64,000 bases of DNA from Felis catus (taxonomy: Eukaryota), in the NCBI RefSeq assembly GCF_018350175.1, contig NC_058368.1, forward strand, positions 221,528,001-221,592,000, in the 5' to 3' direction. A program made the position numbers and the translations under genes. Position 1 is the stretch's first letter; every line of letters begins with the position of its first letter. Below the pieces are notes generated by a model. The model was not told the DNA's origin. It saw nothing but the letters and a program-made list of their open reading frames with translations, and made no database searches. Of this stretch, positions 48,681 through 62,620 are shown in pieces.

Positions 48681-50659
48681 AAGAAAACGAAACTCCTATT
48701 CCTTCATTGTTGTGAGTATATGTGGGGCTGAGGTAGCAGAAGTATACTTTAAACAACAGTATGGGAGATGAAAAAAATCAAGGAAGAAGAAAATTTAACA
48801 GATAGTGTTGCTGAATTTTACTTGTGCTTTGCCTGTGAAGAGCAAAGTGCTGAAGATGCTTCATGCATCACTTCCTCACAAGCGATTTAACCAAAGGGTT
48901 ATGAAATGTACGAAGCTGTGATCCTCTTGTTTAAATCCCAGACAAGAATTGCACTCAAAGAAAATATTCCATGTGATAAGAGAAATTTCATATTATTCGA
49001 TTCCTTTACTTTTTGTTCTTGGAGACGATGAATGAGCCCCCAAAGTAATATTTTTTTTTAAATTTAAAAATTCTTCTCTAAAAGCATCTATGTCCTTCTC
49101 CCAAAACATCTCTTTTCAAACCACACTCTCCCCAATCTCTGAGATGTTTTCCAGTTCTTGTTCTTTTCCACTATTTCCTCTCACCCTCTTTTTGTCTGAT
49201 CAGGCATCACAAATGGGCAAGAAAGGGTTTTCTGCTTTGGGATCAAACGTAAAGATCAAGGGAAGAGAAATTAGCGAAGTGAACCAAACCAGCATGATCT
49301 TTGGATGGTAATAGAGGAGAAGATTATAAGCTCTTTTACTATAATAATTTACATCTTGTCACCTGTGTATTATTATCAGAGATGACAACACAACACTTAG
49401 AGAAGTGATGTAGGGTAGGCAAGGTTGCTGCTCCTGTGAGTAGAGTAGAGGAGCCAGGGTTAAACTCCCGCCTCTTTGGAATTATGTGGTCTAACAGCAA
49501 CAGTAAAATAGTTACCGTAGAATCATCTGTGTTCCCAATTGTGTATTCCTTATAGCATACTGTGTATAGCAATATTGGATAGTTATTTATAGAATAAAAA
49601 TACCACATTTTATTTGAAATGGCAACTCAATCAGTGTTTGTTTGTTTGTTTACAAAAAAAAATGTATTGCGTAGAATCTAGGTGAGTTTTTCCTGGAAGT
49701 GACTTTGTCATAGGAAAGGAAAAATAGTAACTGCAGCCTAAATTATTAAGTGTCTCCTATGAAACAAGCTCAGAGTTAGAGTTCAAGTAATACCATGAGT
49801 AGGACAATGGGAGGGTCCCTCTTCAGGTGGCTCCATCTTTGGGAAGATTCATCCACGTCTCTGCAATAGCTGCCAGATTTTGTTTTGTCTCTTCTTTACC
49901 TACAGGAGAAGTTATTTGGGGTTTATCACAATTAAGTGGGCAAACTGTTCCAAGAATAAGAAAAGCAGCCTTTCCGATTCCTGCTCAGACATGGTATGGG
50001 TAGGTGTTGGGTTAGGATATGGGCTTCTGTATTTTTTATTACAAACCCTCATGAATCAGACTTAGATGTCATGATAATCACACTTCGAGAAACTGGTGAT
50101 TCAATTGTTAATTGTATCTTACATGTATCTTACATGTTAATTATAAGATCAGTGTACATGGGGCAGATAAGGAGCTCACAATACCTGTTGGTTTCATGGT
50201 TGAAGTCTCAACTGGAAATTTTAGTATCTGAATCGTCATTTTTTTTTCCAGAAATTCCCCATGGGAAACAAAGTATTGAGAGCAGACTGTAATTTCTCAG
50301 CTGCTCATAATGTACTGCAGAGGAGTTTGAAATTGTCACAGTAATCCAATATTGAATTAATTCCAGGTGTGTGCAGCTTAAAAGGGTGAAAATTTGATAG
50401 CAGATATAGTAAATAGACATAGTAAATAGAAAACTGACATAGTAAATAGGCACAGTAAATAGAAAACACATGGAACGGTTGTTTAGAAGTATGTAACTGC
50501 TGAGATGCACAATAGAAAGTTTAACTCAATCATTCTATTAGAAAATCACAACACCACTAGCCAGTAGATTACTAAATTTGTGTGATTTATCTCAGTAAAT
50601 ATGTGTGAACCTGTGTGTGTACGCACAAAACTGTGTGTCAGGTTGTATTTTAGACATTG

Positions 50660-51450
50660 GATACCATAAGGAGTTCATACTCAAAACATACTTGAAATTA
50701 CATAAGCACAATACAAAGCATTGAAGATGATAATGCAAACTTAGGATACAGATGTGAGTGGTTACAGAAATGAGTGGTTACTTCCAATACATTGGTGAGG
50801 TGGACAAGGGAGTTGGGGAGGCAGGTGAGGAAGCAGAGGTTGGACAGAACCCAGGGAGGCTTTATGTAGCAGGCAATAACTAACCTTAATTTTTAGTAAT
50901 AGGAACTCAGTATCTAAATCAACCTGTGAGGGACAGGAAGAATGCAGATACTGTAGAGGCAGAGGCATCTACAAAGCACGCATCAATATGGAGCTCTCGT
51001 GAAACTCTAAGATGTTCAGATCATCTGAAGAAGAATAAATAAAGAGTTTAGGACAGGAAGAAATGATGTAAAAGTGTTCCAAATGAGCCACCTCATGAGG
51101 GATATTCTATGCATGATAAGGTGCTTGGTTTGTGTTGTGAGAAAAACAGAGTGCATTTTCTAGAGGGTTTCAGGCAAAGAAGGGAAACGATCACGTTTTC
51201 GTCTTGATAGACCTCTTGGATGGCAACAGAGAAGTGCATTGTCTGCATTGCCCGAGAGGAAGGGAGCCCAGGAGGAGATTGGCACAGATTTCAATCATTG
51301 AACTTGGGCAGCAGCAGTCAACATGCAGAGAAAAGGACAAATTCGAGATGTGTTTTAGAGTTACAAGCAGCTGAACTTGGGCAAAGAAGAAGGAGGACTC
51401 ATAATTACTGGATGCCATGATTGGCTGTGTAGTGACATAAAGCTCAATCA
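50660..51450 (-). mobile_element. L2 (degenerate)
   Basis: cccagggaggcttt, tttctagagggtttcaggca, ggacaaattcgagatgtgttttagag are L2-like. Confidence 0.65.
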
Positions 51451-52382
51451 ATAGAAATAATTACAAAAATCGTTTTATGGGAGTTACTAAATCTTAGGCC
51501 CCAGACTTGTGTCAGTAATACATATGGGCTACTAATTCTCAGCGTATGTGTATATCAAGTCCAGAATATGTATGTACCAATAGCAGCCAGGGATATTTAA
51601 TTCATAAATTTACTAAACCAACCTAAGAACTTGTTGACAATGATTGAATCCATACTCTGCAATGAGGATTATATGCAAATTACTTGCGTTAATTCAACCA
51701 TAAATACAAGCAACAAACTATAAATTGTATACTTCATGATGCATCACTCATAAATAATGGAAAATTATTATAGTTTCTGTTTAGAATATTAATAGATTTA
51801 TCTTTTCCCTGGATGTGCAGATCTTCATGGTTGCACAGACTACTGGTACCACAGTTTATGCTGGGTTGTCTTTTCCTTTTTTCATGGTCCTTACTGTTAT
51901 GTGCAGAATGTTCTTACTAATTCGGAGAGTGGTACTATAACTTCTATCAATACTGTCTATCAAGGCTTTTTATTTTATTTGTTTGTTTTTTTATGTTTTG
52001 CAAAATTCAGGCTAGATGTTTTCCATATCAACCTAAATGCTTCATATGGTAATGTGCATACTCTTATATCTCCCTTCTGTTTCTTCCTGTGTCTCTATAT
52101 CTCTCTCTCCCTCCCTCCCTTCCCCTTCCATCCCTCCCTTTCTCCTGCCTCTTCAATTCCATATCTTAGGTATTCAATGTTTCCCCTTGCTCACTCCTTT
52201 ACCAAGAAAAATTATGACTAGATTTTAAACTGGAAACACATTTCCTATTACAAAAGCACCATTATAATCTTCATATGTCTTAGTGCCTTTTAGTTTCAAA
52301 CTCCCAGTACATAGCTCAAATCCTCCCTTCCCCAAAAAAAGGAATATATTGTGCCCAAACCATGAGCTATTAAGGATGTACT

Positions 52383-52605
52383 AGGGTGCCTGAGTGGCTC
52401 AGTCGGTTAAGCATCTGACTTCAGTTCATCTCATGACCTAACCATTCCCTAGTTTGAGCCCCCTTCGGGCTCTGTGCTGACACCTTGGAGCCTGGAGCCT
52501 GCTTTGGATTCTGTGTCTCCCTTTGCCTCTGCCCCTCCCCTGCTCACGCTCTGCCTCTCTCTCTCTTTCTGTCTCAAAAATAAATAAACATTAAAAAATA
52601 TTTTT
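52383..52605 (+). mobile_element. Can-SINE
   Basis: TSD taag(g/a)atgtacta at 52371-52383 and 52606-52618. Confidence 0.95.
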
Positions 52606-52791
52606 TAAGAATGTACTAAAACAGTTTAAACATCATCAGTAATCTCTTGACTTCTTTTTGAATCTTTCACCTTTTCTTTCCCTGGTTTTGTTTTGTTTTT
52701 AGTATGTGACTTCATTTCGTTACATCTTGGGCTCTACAAGTTGAAAACAATAACCACAGTTGGTTCATCACATATTTATTTTTACAGCCTT

Positions 52792-52839
<48 letters not shown>

Positions 52840-53955
52840 CGAGCCTTGCCAGATCTAGGTTCTCTCTCATACCCAATTAATGGCCAATGTGTGTACAGGG
52901 AGAATGGGGTATAATAATTTATGTGGCCTGTGCCATATAATTACCCCCGAAAACAAGGGCATCCCAAGTGGCAACCCTCCCCATAATGATATTTATAAAG
53001 AGAGGCAAATTTGAAGTCTCTGCGAGGAAGGAAATGAAATAGTTGAACTCTAAAGCAAAATATCTATTATATGCTACAACATTGTTTGCCACACTAGTTA
53101 TAGCTCAGAGGCATTCACTGTGACCACTTCACACACATTACCCTGCCATCAATAAAAAGAAACAATGCTAGAAGGATATTGAGTTGTTAAAATATGAATG
53201 AGATGATGAGAATAATTTTAGATACATTGGGCTTGACATAATGACCCATTAGAAGTTGAACATGTTAACTGGACTTTGGAATTTGGTGAGACTTAGAGAT
53301 ATGCATTTGGAAGTCAGCGGCACAAAGGGCAGTTAAAAACTGGAGTAGACACAAGCATCTGCAAATGACAGAGATTCAGCTTTGAATGTCTTTTACCTGG
53401 CTGAGTGCTTGACACAAGATTGTACTGAATAAATGGTGAATAGCTGGAGCAAAGTGTGTGAGGACTCAGCTTTCAAATTGTCACTGATATTTGCATGTAA
53501 TATATAGACATACAGACTTGGAACAGGTTGCTGAAATGTTGGACATCATTGAGCAGAAAAATCTGTGACTGTGCCTGAGTAGTATACATTTTCAGGATTT
53601 AGGCTTAAGATTGTTGGGGAGATGCCAGGCAATAGTTAAGAAGGGGCTGCAGGGAGCAGCTGTTCCGAAAGGGACTCTCAAACATCACTTTTTCTTTGCT
53701 TACGCATCTGAGCAGGTGGGATTTCAACATTGAACCAAGTGGATTGCTAGCACCTTCTTGAATGAGAACTTTTCGAAGATATTTCCAAGGTGAAAGTACT
53801 TTTCCAAAAGGAAAACGAAAAGCAAATGGGAGTAAACCATAAGGAATAATTTTCTTTGAATGCAGATAATTTTTTAAATCAGATGCAGTGTAAAAATGTC
53901 TTGCAATATGGTGGTTAATATCTTTCAAACATATGCACTGTGCTATGCTCTTTTT

Positions 53956-53965
53956 GTTTTAATGT

Positions 53966-53996
<31 letters not shown>

Positions 53997-54228
53997 GAGA
54001 GAGAGGGAGACAGAGCCTGAGTGGGGGTAGGGCAGAGAGAGACTGGGGGAGGGGCAGAGAGAGAAGTGGGGGAGGGGCAGAGACAGAAAGGGAGACACAG
54101 AATCCGAAGCAGGCTCCAGGCTCCCAGCTGTCAGCACAGACCCAGACTTGGGGCTTGAACTCACAGACCGCGAGATCCATCACCTGAGCTGAACTCGGAC
54201 ACAACCGACTGAGCCACCCAGGTGCCCC
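53956..54228 (-). mobile_element. Can-SINE with an internal triplication and long T tail
   Basis: TSD tgctcttttt at 53946-53955 and 54232-54241. Confidence 0.95.
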
Positions 54229-54519
54229 GTTTGCTCTTTTTCATACACATTTTAGCTTTGGATTCCTCAGGGTACTCCAGCCACATTACAGATTAAACAA
54301 AAACAAAAACAAACAAAGAAACAAAAAATCAGAGCTAAGAAAGTCAAATGACCTTCCCAAGTTTATAAAGCTAGTAACTATTAGTCAAGATGAGGATGGA
54401 AATCGTTGGATTCGGGGTTCGAGCTCTTTCCAACTACATCAGAACTGTTTTATTGCTTGGCTACTTCAGAGTAACTATTGCTAAATAGCCATGGGGCTGT
54501 AAAGTAAATATTTTTTCTT

Positions 54520-55039
54520 TTTTTTTTATATGAAATTTATTGACAAATAGGTTTTCATACAACACCCAGTGCTCATCCCAAAAGGTGCCCTCCTCAAAAC
54601 CCATCACCCACCCTCTCCTCCCTCCCACCCCCCATCAACCCTCAGTTTGTTCTCAGTTTTTAACAGTCTCTTATGCTTTGGCTCTCTCCCACTCTAACCT
54701 GTTGTTTTTTTTTTTTCCTTCCCCTCCCCCATGGGTTCCTGTTAAGTTTCTCAGGATCCACATAAGAGCGAAACCATATGGTATCTGTCTTTCTCTGTAT
54801 GGCTTATTTCACTTAGCATCACACTCTCCAGTTCCATCCACATTGCTACAAAAGGCCATATTTCATTTTTTCTCATTGCCACGTAATATTCTATTGTGTA
54901 TATAAACCACAATTTCTTTATCCATTCATCAGTTGATGGACATTTAGGCTCTTTCCATAATTTGGCTATTGTTGAGAGTGCTGCTATGAACATTGGGGTA
55001 CAAGTGGCCCTATGCATCAGTACTCCTGTATCCCTTGGA
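54520..55039 (-). mobile_element. Young cat-type L1 (L1_Fc-like), 5'-truncated, ~520 bp
   Basis: Open ORF2 C-terminus (54751-55017, TPMFIAALSTIAKLWKEPKCPSTDEWIKK...), 3' UTR and T tail; identical 20-bp flanks taaagtaaatattttttctt at 54500-54519 and 55040-55059. Confidence 0.97.
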
Positions 55040-55294
55040 TAAAGTAAATATTTTTTCTTAAGCAGATAATGTATTTAGCTATAAGACTTGTCAAACCATT
55101 CAAATGATCATTTGTTTTTTTATAATTGTCCAGATTGTTGGTGTGGTTGTCAATTCAGCCAGAATAGCTACACTATTTAAAGAAGTAACAGCCAATAGTT
55201 TTCTCAGTGTTGTATATAATTTTGTAATTCTACTTCGACGTGCTGTTATATTTACATTAGCAAGACCACTTGCTAATACCAGTGAATTAGCTGT

Positions 55295-55775
55295 GTGTGC
55301 TCGTTTCCTGTGGCTGCTATAACAAATTACCCCAGCTCTAATGGCTTAAAATAGTGCAAACTGAATATTTTGTGGTTTTGGAAGTCGGAAGTCCGGCATG
55401 AGTCTCAGTCAAGGTGTGGGAGGAACTACATTTCACACGTAGGCTCTAGGGAGGCTTGGCTTCCCTTCTGTCTCCCGGTTTGTAGAGACCGCCCGCACTC
55501 AGTGTAGGGTGCAATCTTCCATCTTCAAAGCCACTAGTAGCCAGAAGGGTCTTTGTCAGCTCCTAGTGTTCTGGTTCTATAGTTTCATAGTCCGATCCCC
55601 TTCTTTGACTCTCTTAAAGAAGCCCAATATGATAATGTAGGGTAATCTTCCCTGTCTCAAAATACTTAATTTAATCGTATCTGCAAAATCCCCTTTATCA
55701 CGAAAGGTAACATATTCACAAATTCCAGTCATTAGGATGTGGGCTTCTTTAGAAGGGAGAATGTATGCTGTACTG
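55295..55775 (-). mobile_element. MLT1-like MaLR LTR
   Basis: tttcctgtggctgctataacaaattacc, ggcttaaaa, ggctctagggag, atctgcaaaatccc, aaggtaacatattcaca, ttaggatgtgg. Confidence 0.9.
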
Positions 55776-57137
55776 CATTTGACTTCCCAGGCATTTTCAT
55801 ATTTTATGTCTGTACTAATATATGATGTATTTGTGCTGATCCTACTTCCTATGTTTAGTTCTTTTTGTGTTCTCAGTTCTCTCAATTCTGTTTTAGAGTT
55901 TGTCCACAAACATTACAGATGAGGGACACAATTATTTTTTTTCTCACATATACCCTAAAATCAATATTCATTTCCCAAGTAATCAAAAATAAAATTATCT
56001 TAGATTGGGAAAAATAACTTTATTGAATCAAGACAATGAGTTATCTCAAAGCTGTCCTTTGATGTCTTTGGCTGGGAGATACTAGTTTACAAGAATCTAT
56101 TAGTAAAAAATTCTCATGTGAAATCTTGATTAAGGGAAATTTTATAGGGCCTTAAAACATCAATTAAAACTTGATTAAATTTTACAGCCCCCCAAAGGCT
56201 AGTAATATTTTTTTTTTCCATTTAGATGACTAACAAATATGCCCTGTATCCATAAGGCTCATTAACACTGTCACAGCTCTAAAAATCTGCATGTAGTAAT
56301 TATTTCAAAATAACTCTCAAAATAAAACAACAGCAACAACAACAACAACAAAAACCCTCTTAAACTGAGCCCAACAACAGAACTCCAGCTCCCTGTCTTT
56401 CCATGAATTCATTAGGGAAAATATTTTCCAACTTAAGACTTTCTGAAACGGTCTCCATTTCCTGATTTTGACAAGGTCCTTTCTTGGATCAACTCATCTT
56501 ATGGTTATTTTCACACCGTATTGTAAATGAATCATGTTATTCTTCAGGAGTTGCACCTATAGTCCCCAGAACAGGAATCTGCACTTCTCCAACGCTTTCA
56601 TCTTCAATATGTTGCATGTATTCAAATCAAAGCATTCAATCACTATAAGCAGTAGGTGTAGTATGGAGTAGTAAGCCCAGGCTCAAAAAATTGATATTTC
56701 CTCCTGCGAGAGCACATGCATCAATTGATAAACAGTAAGCCAGAGGAAAAAGCGTTTCCATTATTAGTTCAGTGCACCAATCATACCATCTAAGGTACTT
56801 TTTTTTTTTCCACAAATGCATAATAGAAGTCAGTTAATAGCCCCTATATGTCAATGCCAGCTGCCTCTATCCAAGAGTAGGTAGTTGTTTCTCGTTTAAC
56901 CTTAATTGATAGGAGTGGTAGATGCTCAGAATCAATCGATGGATTTCTGTGGATTCAAAAGGAGATTCTCATATAATCCTAATGAGTCCTGGCAGCTGGC
57001 ATTTGTATAGCTTAACAGCTGTCATAAATATATTGAAGAGTTGAAACAGTGGTCAAGCTTCCATTTAGAATTTCTGAAAGGTTTTAGTTTTTCATAATGT
57101 TATATCAAGACCAGATTTTTTAAAGAATCTTCTGAGG

Positions 57138-57162
57138 TTGTGTGTGTGTGTGTGTGTGTGTG
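57138..57162. repeat. (TG)n
   Basis: Direct reading. Confidence 0.95.
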
Positions 57163-58359
57163 CACGCTGTAAATGTGAAAACAAACAAAAAAAAAGAATT
57201 CTTTTTATTGAAAAAAACCTTTGTTTCCATCAATATTCAATTCTAAATGGAGGTCAGATCTAGAATGCTTCATGATTGATTAACTAATTTTCTGATTTTC
57301 TGTTGGTAATTGAGCTTTTAGATACATTTTAGCCCTATTACATTTGCTGTTCTCATTGTATTAAATAATAAACCAATAAATATTATATAGTTCTTTACAG
57401 TTGTCACGGCATGTTAGCCTACCTCATGTTCATTTACTACTTTCCGTAAGATTGGATGTTGGTAAGGCAGTTAATATTATGTCATATAATATGGCTAAAG
57501 CCAGAAAAATTAACTTACATTCTCAAGGTTAATGCTTCAAATAATTTATATAAATTATATCTTTCCCCTTGATCCGCTGATGACTAAGAACATTCTCATC
57601 ACTTTCCCCTCTATCCTGCCACTTGAACTAGGTCTTTATGTGCCAGAGGGGAAAACACTGCAACTCCAAGTCATTCCAATTTTCCATTCCACTCCAGTTT
57701 TCCCAGAAGATAGAGAATGGGACCCAATCTTATCAGCACTCAGGATGCTGCCTAACTGGATACTGGAATACTAGTGAATAATTATACGTGAACAGATATG
57801 GGAAGTTTATATGAACTATCTGGTATCATTTGCCTATTTAAAACACTGAGAAGTTTCTGGTTATTAAAGTTATCTCTAAAAGGAGTGACATTCTAGACTC
57901 CAATATAATTTTAATAATTTGTTTTTATTCTTCACCACCCATTTTTCTTACTTATTTGGAAAACTGACAATTGACCTAGTTGTTTGTTTCCTGAACAGTT
58001 CCACAAAACTAAAATATCTTTTCAACTATGAAAGTTTGGTTTTCTATTGGGCTTAGCCAGAATGTGAATAATGTCTTTTCTATGTAACAGAATGAGACCA
58101 GAAAATTATCTTTTATAAGTTAATGTCTTTGCTGTAGTTTAAGGCCAGAGAGAACAGGAATCTTAAGCTCATCATGGGATCTCTACCATACGTCATGCGT
58201 CTGCAAACACCCTACTATGGTATTTTCTTTCCTTCCACAGGCAATGGATCCACACCACATAACACATGATTTTAACATCCAACATAAAACAAATGAGTCA
58301 TTTTAACTCTAGGCAAGTAATCACAATTCTATTACGAATGAAATCATTTTCTAGTATTT

Positions 58360-58560
58360 CATTCAATAACTTTATTGAAATGTATATTGAGGACTTACAA
58401 TGTGCCAGGCACAGAAAAATATTCATGCTCCATTGATAGGAGCTAGGAAGGACAGTGTTATAAATGAAAGCATCACACATGTTAATAATTACAAATTGTG
58501 TTAAGTGCTACAAAGGGAATATCAGAGTTCTATGAGAAGGAATAGCCTGGGCACAACGAG
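58360..58560 (-). mobile_element. L2 3' end
   Basis: tattgaggacttacaatgtgccaggcac...aattgtgttaagtgctacaaaggg. Confidence 0.7.
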
Positions 58561-59322
58561 GCTGTCATTCTGAGTGGGAAGCTGAGTGTGGTTCTTGCCA
58601 CTTTATTAACTTATAAGGACTGTTTTATCTGAATGCAAGTATTTTCCCTCTTCCTTCACTCTCAGGTTTCAAAATCCATCTTGTTTTTGCCTGCTGGAGA
58701 ATGTTATACTTAATAATACTTGAATAGTACTAGTATTCTAATTGCAATAATAATAATAATAACAACATAATGATAATAAATAATAGTAATAAGTAATAAC
58801 ATATTAATAAATAATAATGATAATATTATTATTGAATTAGAATTCTTGCAGAGGCATTTTTAAAAATTTTTTAGATAACCATCAACATCATAGTAGATAT
58901 TTCTTTTCAGGGCAGATCCAAATTGGTGTTTATAGAGAACCCATCATTCTGAAATTGATACAGAAATAAGAGATTTCATATAAATGCCTCTGCATGAATA
59001 ATACTGTTCCGCAACATTTTGGAAGATTTTAAGTCTTTAGCGATTCTCACAAAATGGAGATAATAGAAAACCATGGGCTAAATAGTTGCTGTGAAAGAGT
59101 TCAAACATGAATCTAATAATTGTGGTGAAACCACATTTGGGACAATAGACTTGCTTCCAACCTTGCTTGTTTCACTCTTACAATGCTGAGACTATATCAT
59201 GAGAAAATTTCCTGGAGCATATGATTTACAGCTATATCTTCACTCACGGAATTTAGGTAATGCAGTGCATTTGGCAAAAAACAAACAAACAAACAACAAC
59301 AACAACAACAACAATACATTTC

Positions 59323-59634
59323 TATGTTTTCACTCATATGTGGATTTTGAGAAACTTAACAGAAGACCGTAGGGGAAGGGAAGGGGAAAAAATAGTTACA
59401 AACACAGAGGAAGGGAAACAAACCATAAGAGACTCTTAAATGCAGAGAACAAACTGAGGGTGGATGGGGGATGGGGGGAGAGGGGAAAATGGGTGATGGG
59501 CACTGAGAAGGGCACTTGTTGGGATGAGCACTGGGTGTTGTATGTAAGTGATGAACCATGGAAATCTACCCTCGAATACAAGAGCACCTTTAAACACTGT
59601 ATGTTAGCCAATTTGACAATAAATTATATTTAAA
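59323..59634 (+). mobile_element. Felid/carnivore L1 3' end (5'-truncated); tail resumes after the SINE
   Basis: tatgttttcactcatatgtgg, aaaccataagagactcttaa, gagaacaaactgaggg, gatgagcactgggtgttgtatg, aataaa. Confidence 0.93.
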
Positions 59635-59836
59635 TGATTTGTATTTTATTTTCGAGAGAGACAGAGACAGTGTGAGCAGGGGTGGGGCAGAGAGAGAGGG
59701 AGACACAGAATCTGAAGCAGGCTCCGGACATTGAGCATGTCTGCACAGAACCCAACGTGGGGCTGAACCCACGAACCGTGAGATCATGACCTGAGCCGAA
59801 GTTGAACGTTTAACCAACTGAGCCACCCAGGTGCCC
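59635..59836 (-). mobile_element. Can-SINE inserted in the L1 tail
   Basis: 21-bp TSD tgacaataaattatatttaaa at 59614-59634 and 59837-59857. Confidence 0.96.
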
Positions 59837-61349
59837 TGACAATAAATTATATTTAAAAAATAAATAAACTAAAATTTCCACATTTATATTCATTATACAA
59901 CTATATCTCTTGTGACTGAAAATGTAAAATAATAGTCTAAGCCCTGAGCTTTTTTTTTTTTAAGAAATAAGATATTTATATAGTCTTTCACCTCGCAGTA
60001 AAAATATTTATTTTAACAATAGAAAGATTTTGCGGAAACTGTCCCCATTTTCCTGATTATTGTTTTGTTCTCTTCTGAGCCAATATGGTATGTCTACACA
60101 CCTGTCCTGTGTGTCCCAATGCACCTTGAACTTCTACTCTCAGCACTGAAATTTCTTCCTCTTTGTATGCTGTGATCTCTTCCTGGAGATGTAAAGTCCT
60201 GATAGGCAAGAGACGGGATCACCTTTCTCAACACTGAATCCCTTGCACTTAACATACAATAGGAGTGGAGAGGTGCTCCCTGTAGTAACACCATCCTTTC
60301 ATTTCCTTAGGCTATAGAAATTTCTTTCATGTTCCATAACAGTAATTCTAAGATGCACTTTTTATAGACATACATATAAATTTTATATAAAACATATTAT
60401 ATATAAAATATTATTTATGTTTATCTACCTTCTCAGGAGATTTATCCATTCACAAATATGGAGTCCAGAAAGAAAATTCCTTTGGTTAATAAATTTATAT
60501 TCTCTGTTAGGCAAGGTTAGTAATGTGTTACTAATTCTGTAAATTCTAGATTCTGAGAATTCCAAATGCAAAGAAATGAAAACCTTAAAATTGATGGTGA
60601 TTTTTTTCTCCCCCTTTTCGTATATGTGTGATTAGTCAGGACTGTTGTGGTGGTGTTTTGGTTTTGTTTCTGTTTTATTCTCAGTCTTCATAGATAAGTC
60701 AGTGGGTTATTTGTTTGTTTGTTGATTGGGAATCAGTTCAATTGGCAGAACTGTTGAAAAGTATTTACTGAGTACACACATGCTTCTTTCCATTTTTATA
60801 AGAACAACATAAAATAATTGATATAAATGTCCAATAAAAAGTTCAAAAAACTCCATCTAGAATAATATAAGATGGCACATGGCAATGCTTGCCTTTGGAT
60901 TTTCTGCGTTCTAATATAAATACACATATATACACAATGGAGTTTTAAAGTCATATTATTGAAGATGAGTAGTTTTATTTTCACTAGATTTTTAAAAAGC
61001 ATTTTGTGTCCTTTTAAGTGAGAAAATGCAAATGATTTCTTAAACTGAAGATTATAGTCTGCTATTTTTTATCTAAAGTGGAACCAAAGAGTCATAAGCA
61101 GTTTTATACTGCAGGCCTAAAGGATTATTGTGATATATTAGGTGAAACAATCTGGAAGAAAAAGGGACAAAACACTATAATGTAAAATGCAAGGAAAGTG
61201 GGTAATTATTTTCTGTGTCTGCAGCGACCGCGTAATGTAGTTTTGAGGATAGTAACACTGTATTTTCAATTTACAAAAATCTTAATCACCATTGACCCTC
61301 CCTTTAGTAATAAATTTGCATCTCCCCAGTACTCAAAGATTACCTCCCC

Positions 61350-61700
61350 ACACTGGCTGGAACGTTTACCCATAATGGGCCATCCTGACGCTCCCACCAA
61401 ATCCCAGACCCTTTGCAGTCAGGTGGGATCACATGACTACTTCTGGCCAATGAGCCAGGAGTAGGAGCAATACATTTAAGAACTGTCCAGTGATTCCCCA
61501 CTTATTTTTTTCCCTGCATCAGTAACCCAGAAGGCCTGTGTTGAGAGAGCAGAGCCAAAATTGGTTCCATTTTGAATTACTGCATGGAAGATTCCCCTCC
61601 TACAATGCCCCAGACACCCTGCCAATTCAGTGTGAGTTAAACCTTTGTTGTATTTAACCTCTCATATTTATGAGTTAATTTATCAGCACAGATTAACCAA
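61350..61700 (+). mobile_element. Old MLT1-like MaLR LTR
   Basis: cccagaccctttgcagtcaggtggg..catgactacttctggccaatgag; aaacctttgttgtatttaa. Confidence 0.75.
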
Positions 61701-61924
61701 GTGTGTTTTTAATATGCTTCTGAAAACATGTTTTATCTTCATGGTACCTTTAATTTCTTCTCCATCTCTACTTCCATAGCAATATGCTTTTTCTACGGTG
61801 TTTAGTTTATTCCACCGAGCTTTGTAGAAAGCTGCATATACATATCATAGAGAATGAGGGATTCATGAGTCCAGAGATCCTGTTCTAATCTTTGGAATTA
61901 ATAACAAAACTAGCGAACTTTTTC

Positions 61925-62620
61925 CTTGTTCATTCGACGCATATTTTTGAGCACTTCTATGTGCTAACTATTAAGTAAAGTGTGTAATTAAAAATGAACA
62001 GAGTGTCGAAAAGGATAGTACCCAAGTGAAGTGCATCCTTTAGAAAGGGCATTAGTGTGAGGAAGGAAGCAGTCCTACAAAATAGAAAAGCATATGCAAA
62101 GGGCCTGATTCCTACAGGATCTTGATTTTGACAGGAAATGAATGCCCAGAGTGGTCGGTAAGTTTTAGGGATAATGGAACAAGATGGAATCAGAAGTCAA
62201 GAGTAGATCAGGCATGCATGGCCTTGCTGAACAAGGAATTTGGATGCTATGCAATATGTAGTTAAAAGCTAGTGAAGGGATTGAATGGGGGTGCAGTATA
62301 TCTTGACTAGTATTTTTTAAAGTTCCTCTAGCTGCTGCCTGAAATTATTATTTGAAGATTGGTTAGACTGGAAGGAAGGAGGCCAGATGGATTGTTTCAG
62401 AGTACTTTGGGCATAACATAAATGAGCCTCTGTTGATTGTGGGAATGGAACGAAAGACAAAAATGTCAAGTTCATATATTATTTGGATGCAAATCAAACA
62501 GTATGTACTGACAGTAGTTTACACTTGGGAAATCAAAAAAGAGGAAAACCAAAGGTTTGGCTTTCAGATTAAATCAAAGTTATGTGATGTCACCAAGAAA
62601 ACTATGGGAAGGAAAGGAGC
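61925..62620 (-). mobile_element. L2 (degenerate)
   Basis: cattcgacgcatatttttgagcacttctatgtgc; gcatatgcaaagggcctga; aaggaatttggatg. Confidence 0.7.

Noticed and set aside
52760..53170. Possible LTR or promoter (CCAAT, TATA-like, AATAAA in order)
   Set aside because: I could not define termini, a TSD or a family, so it is left uncalled.
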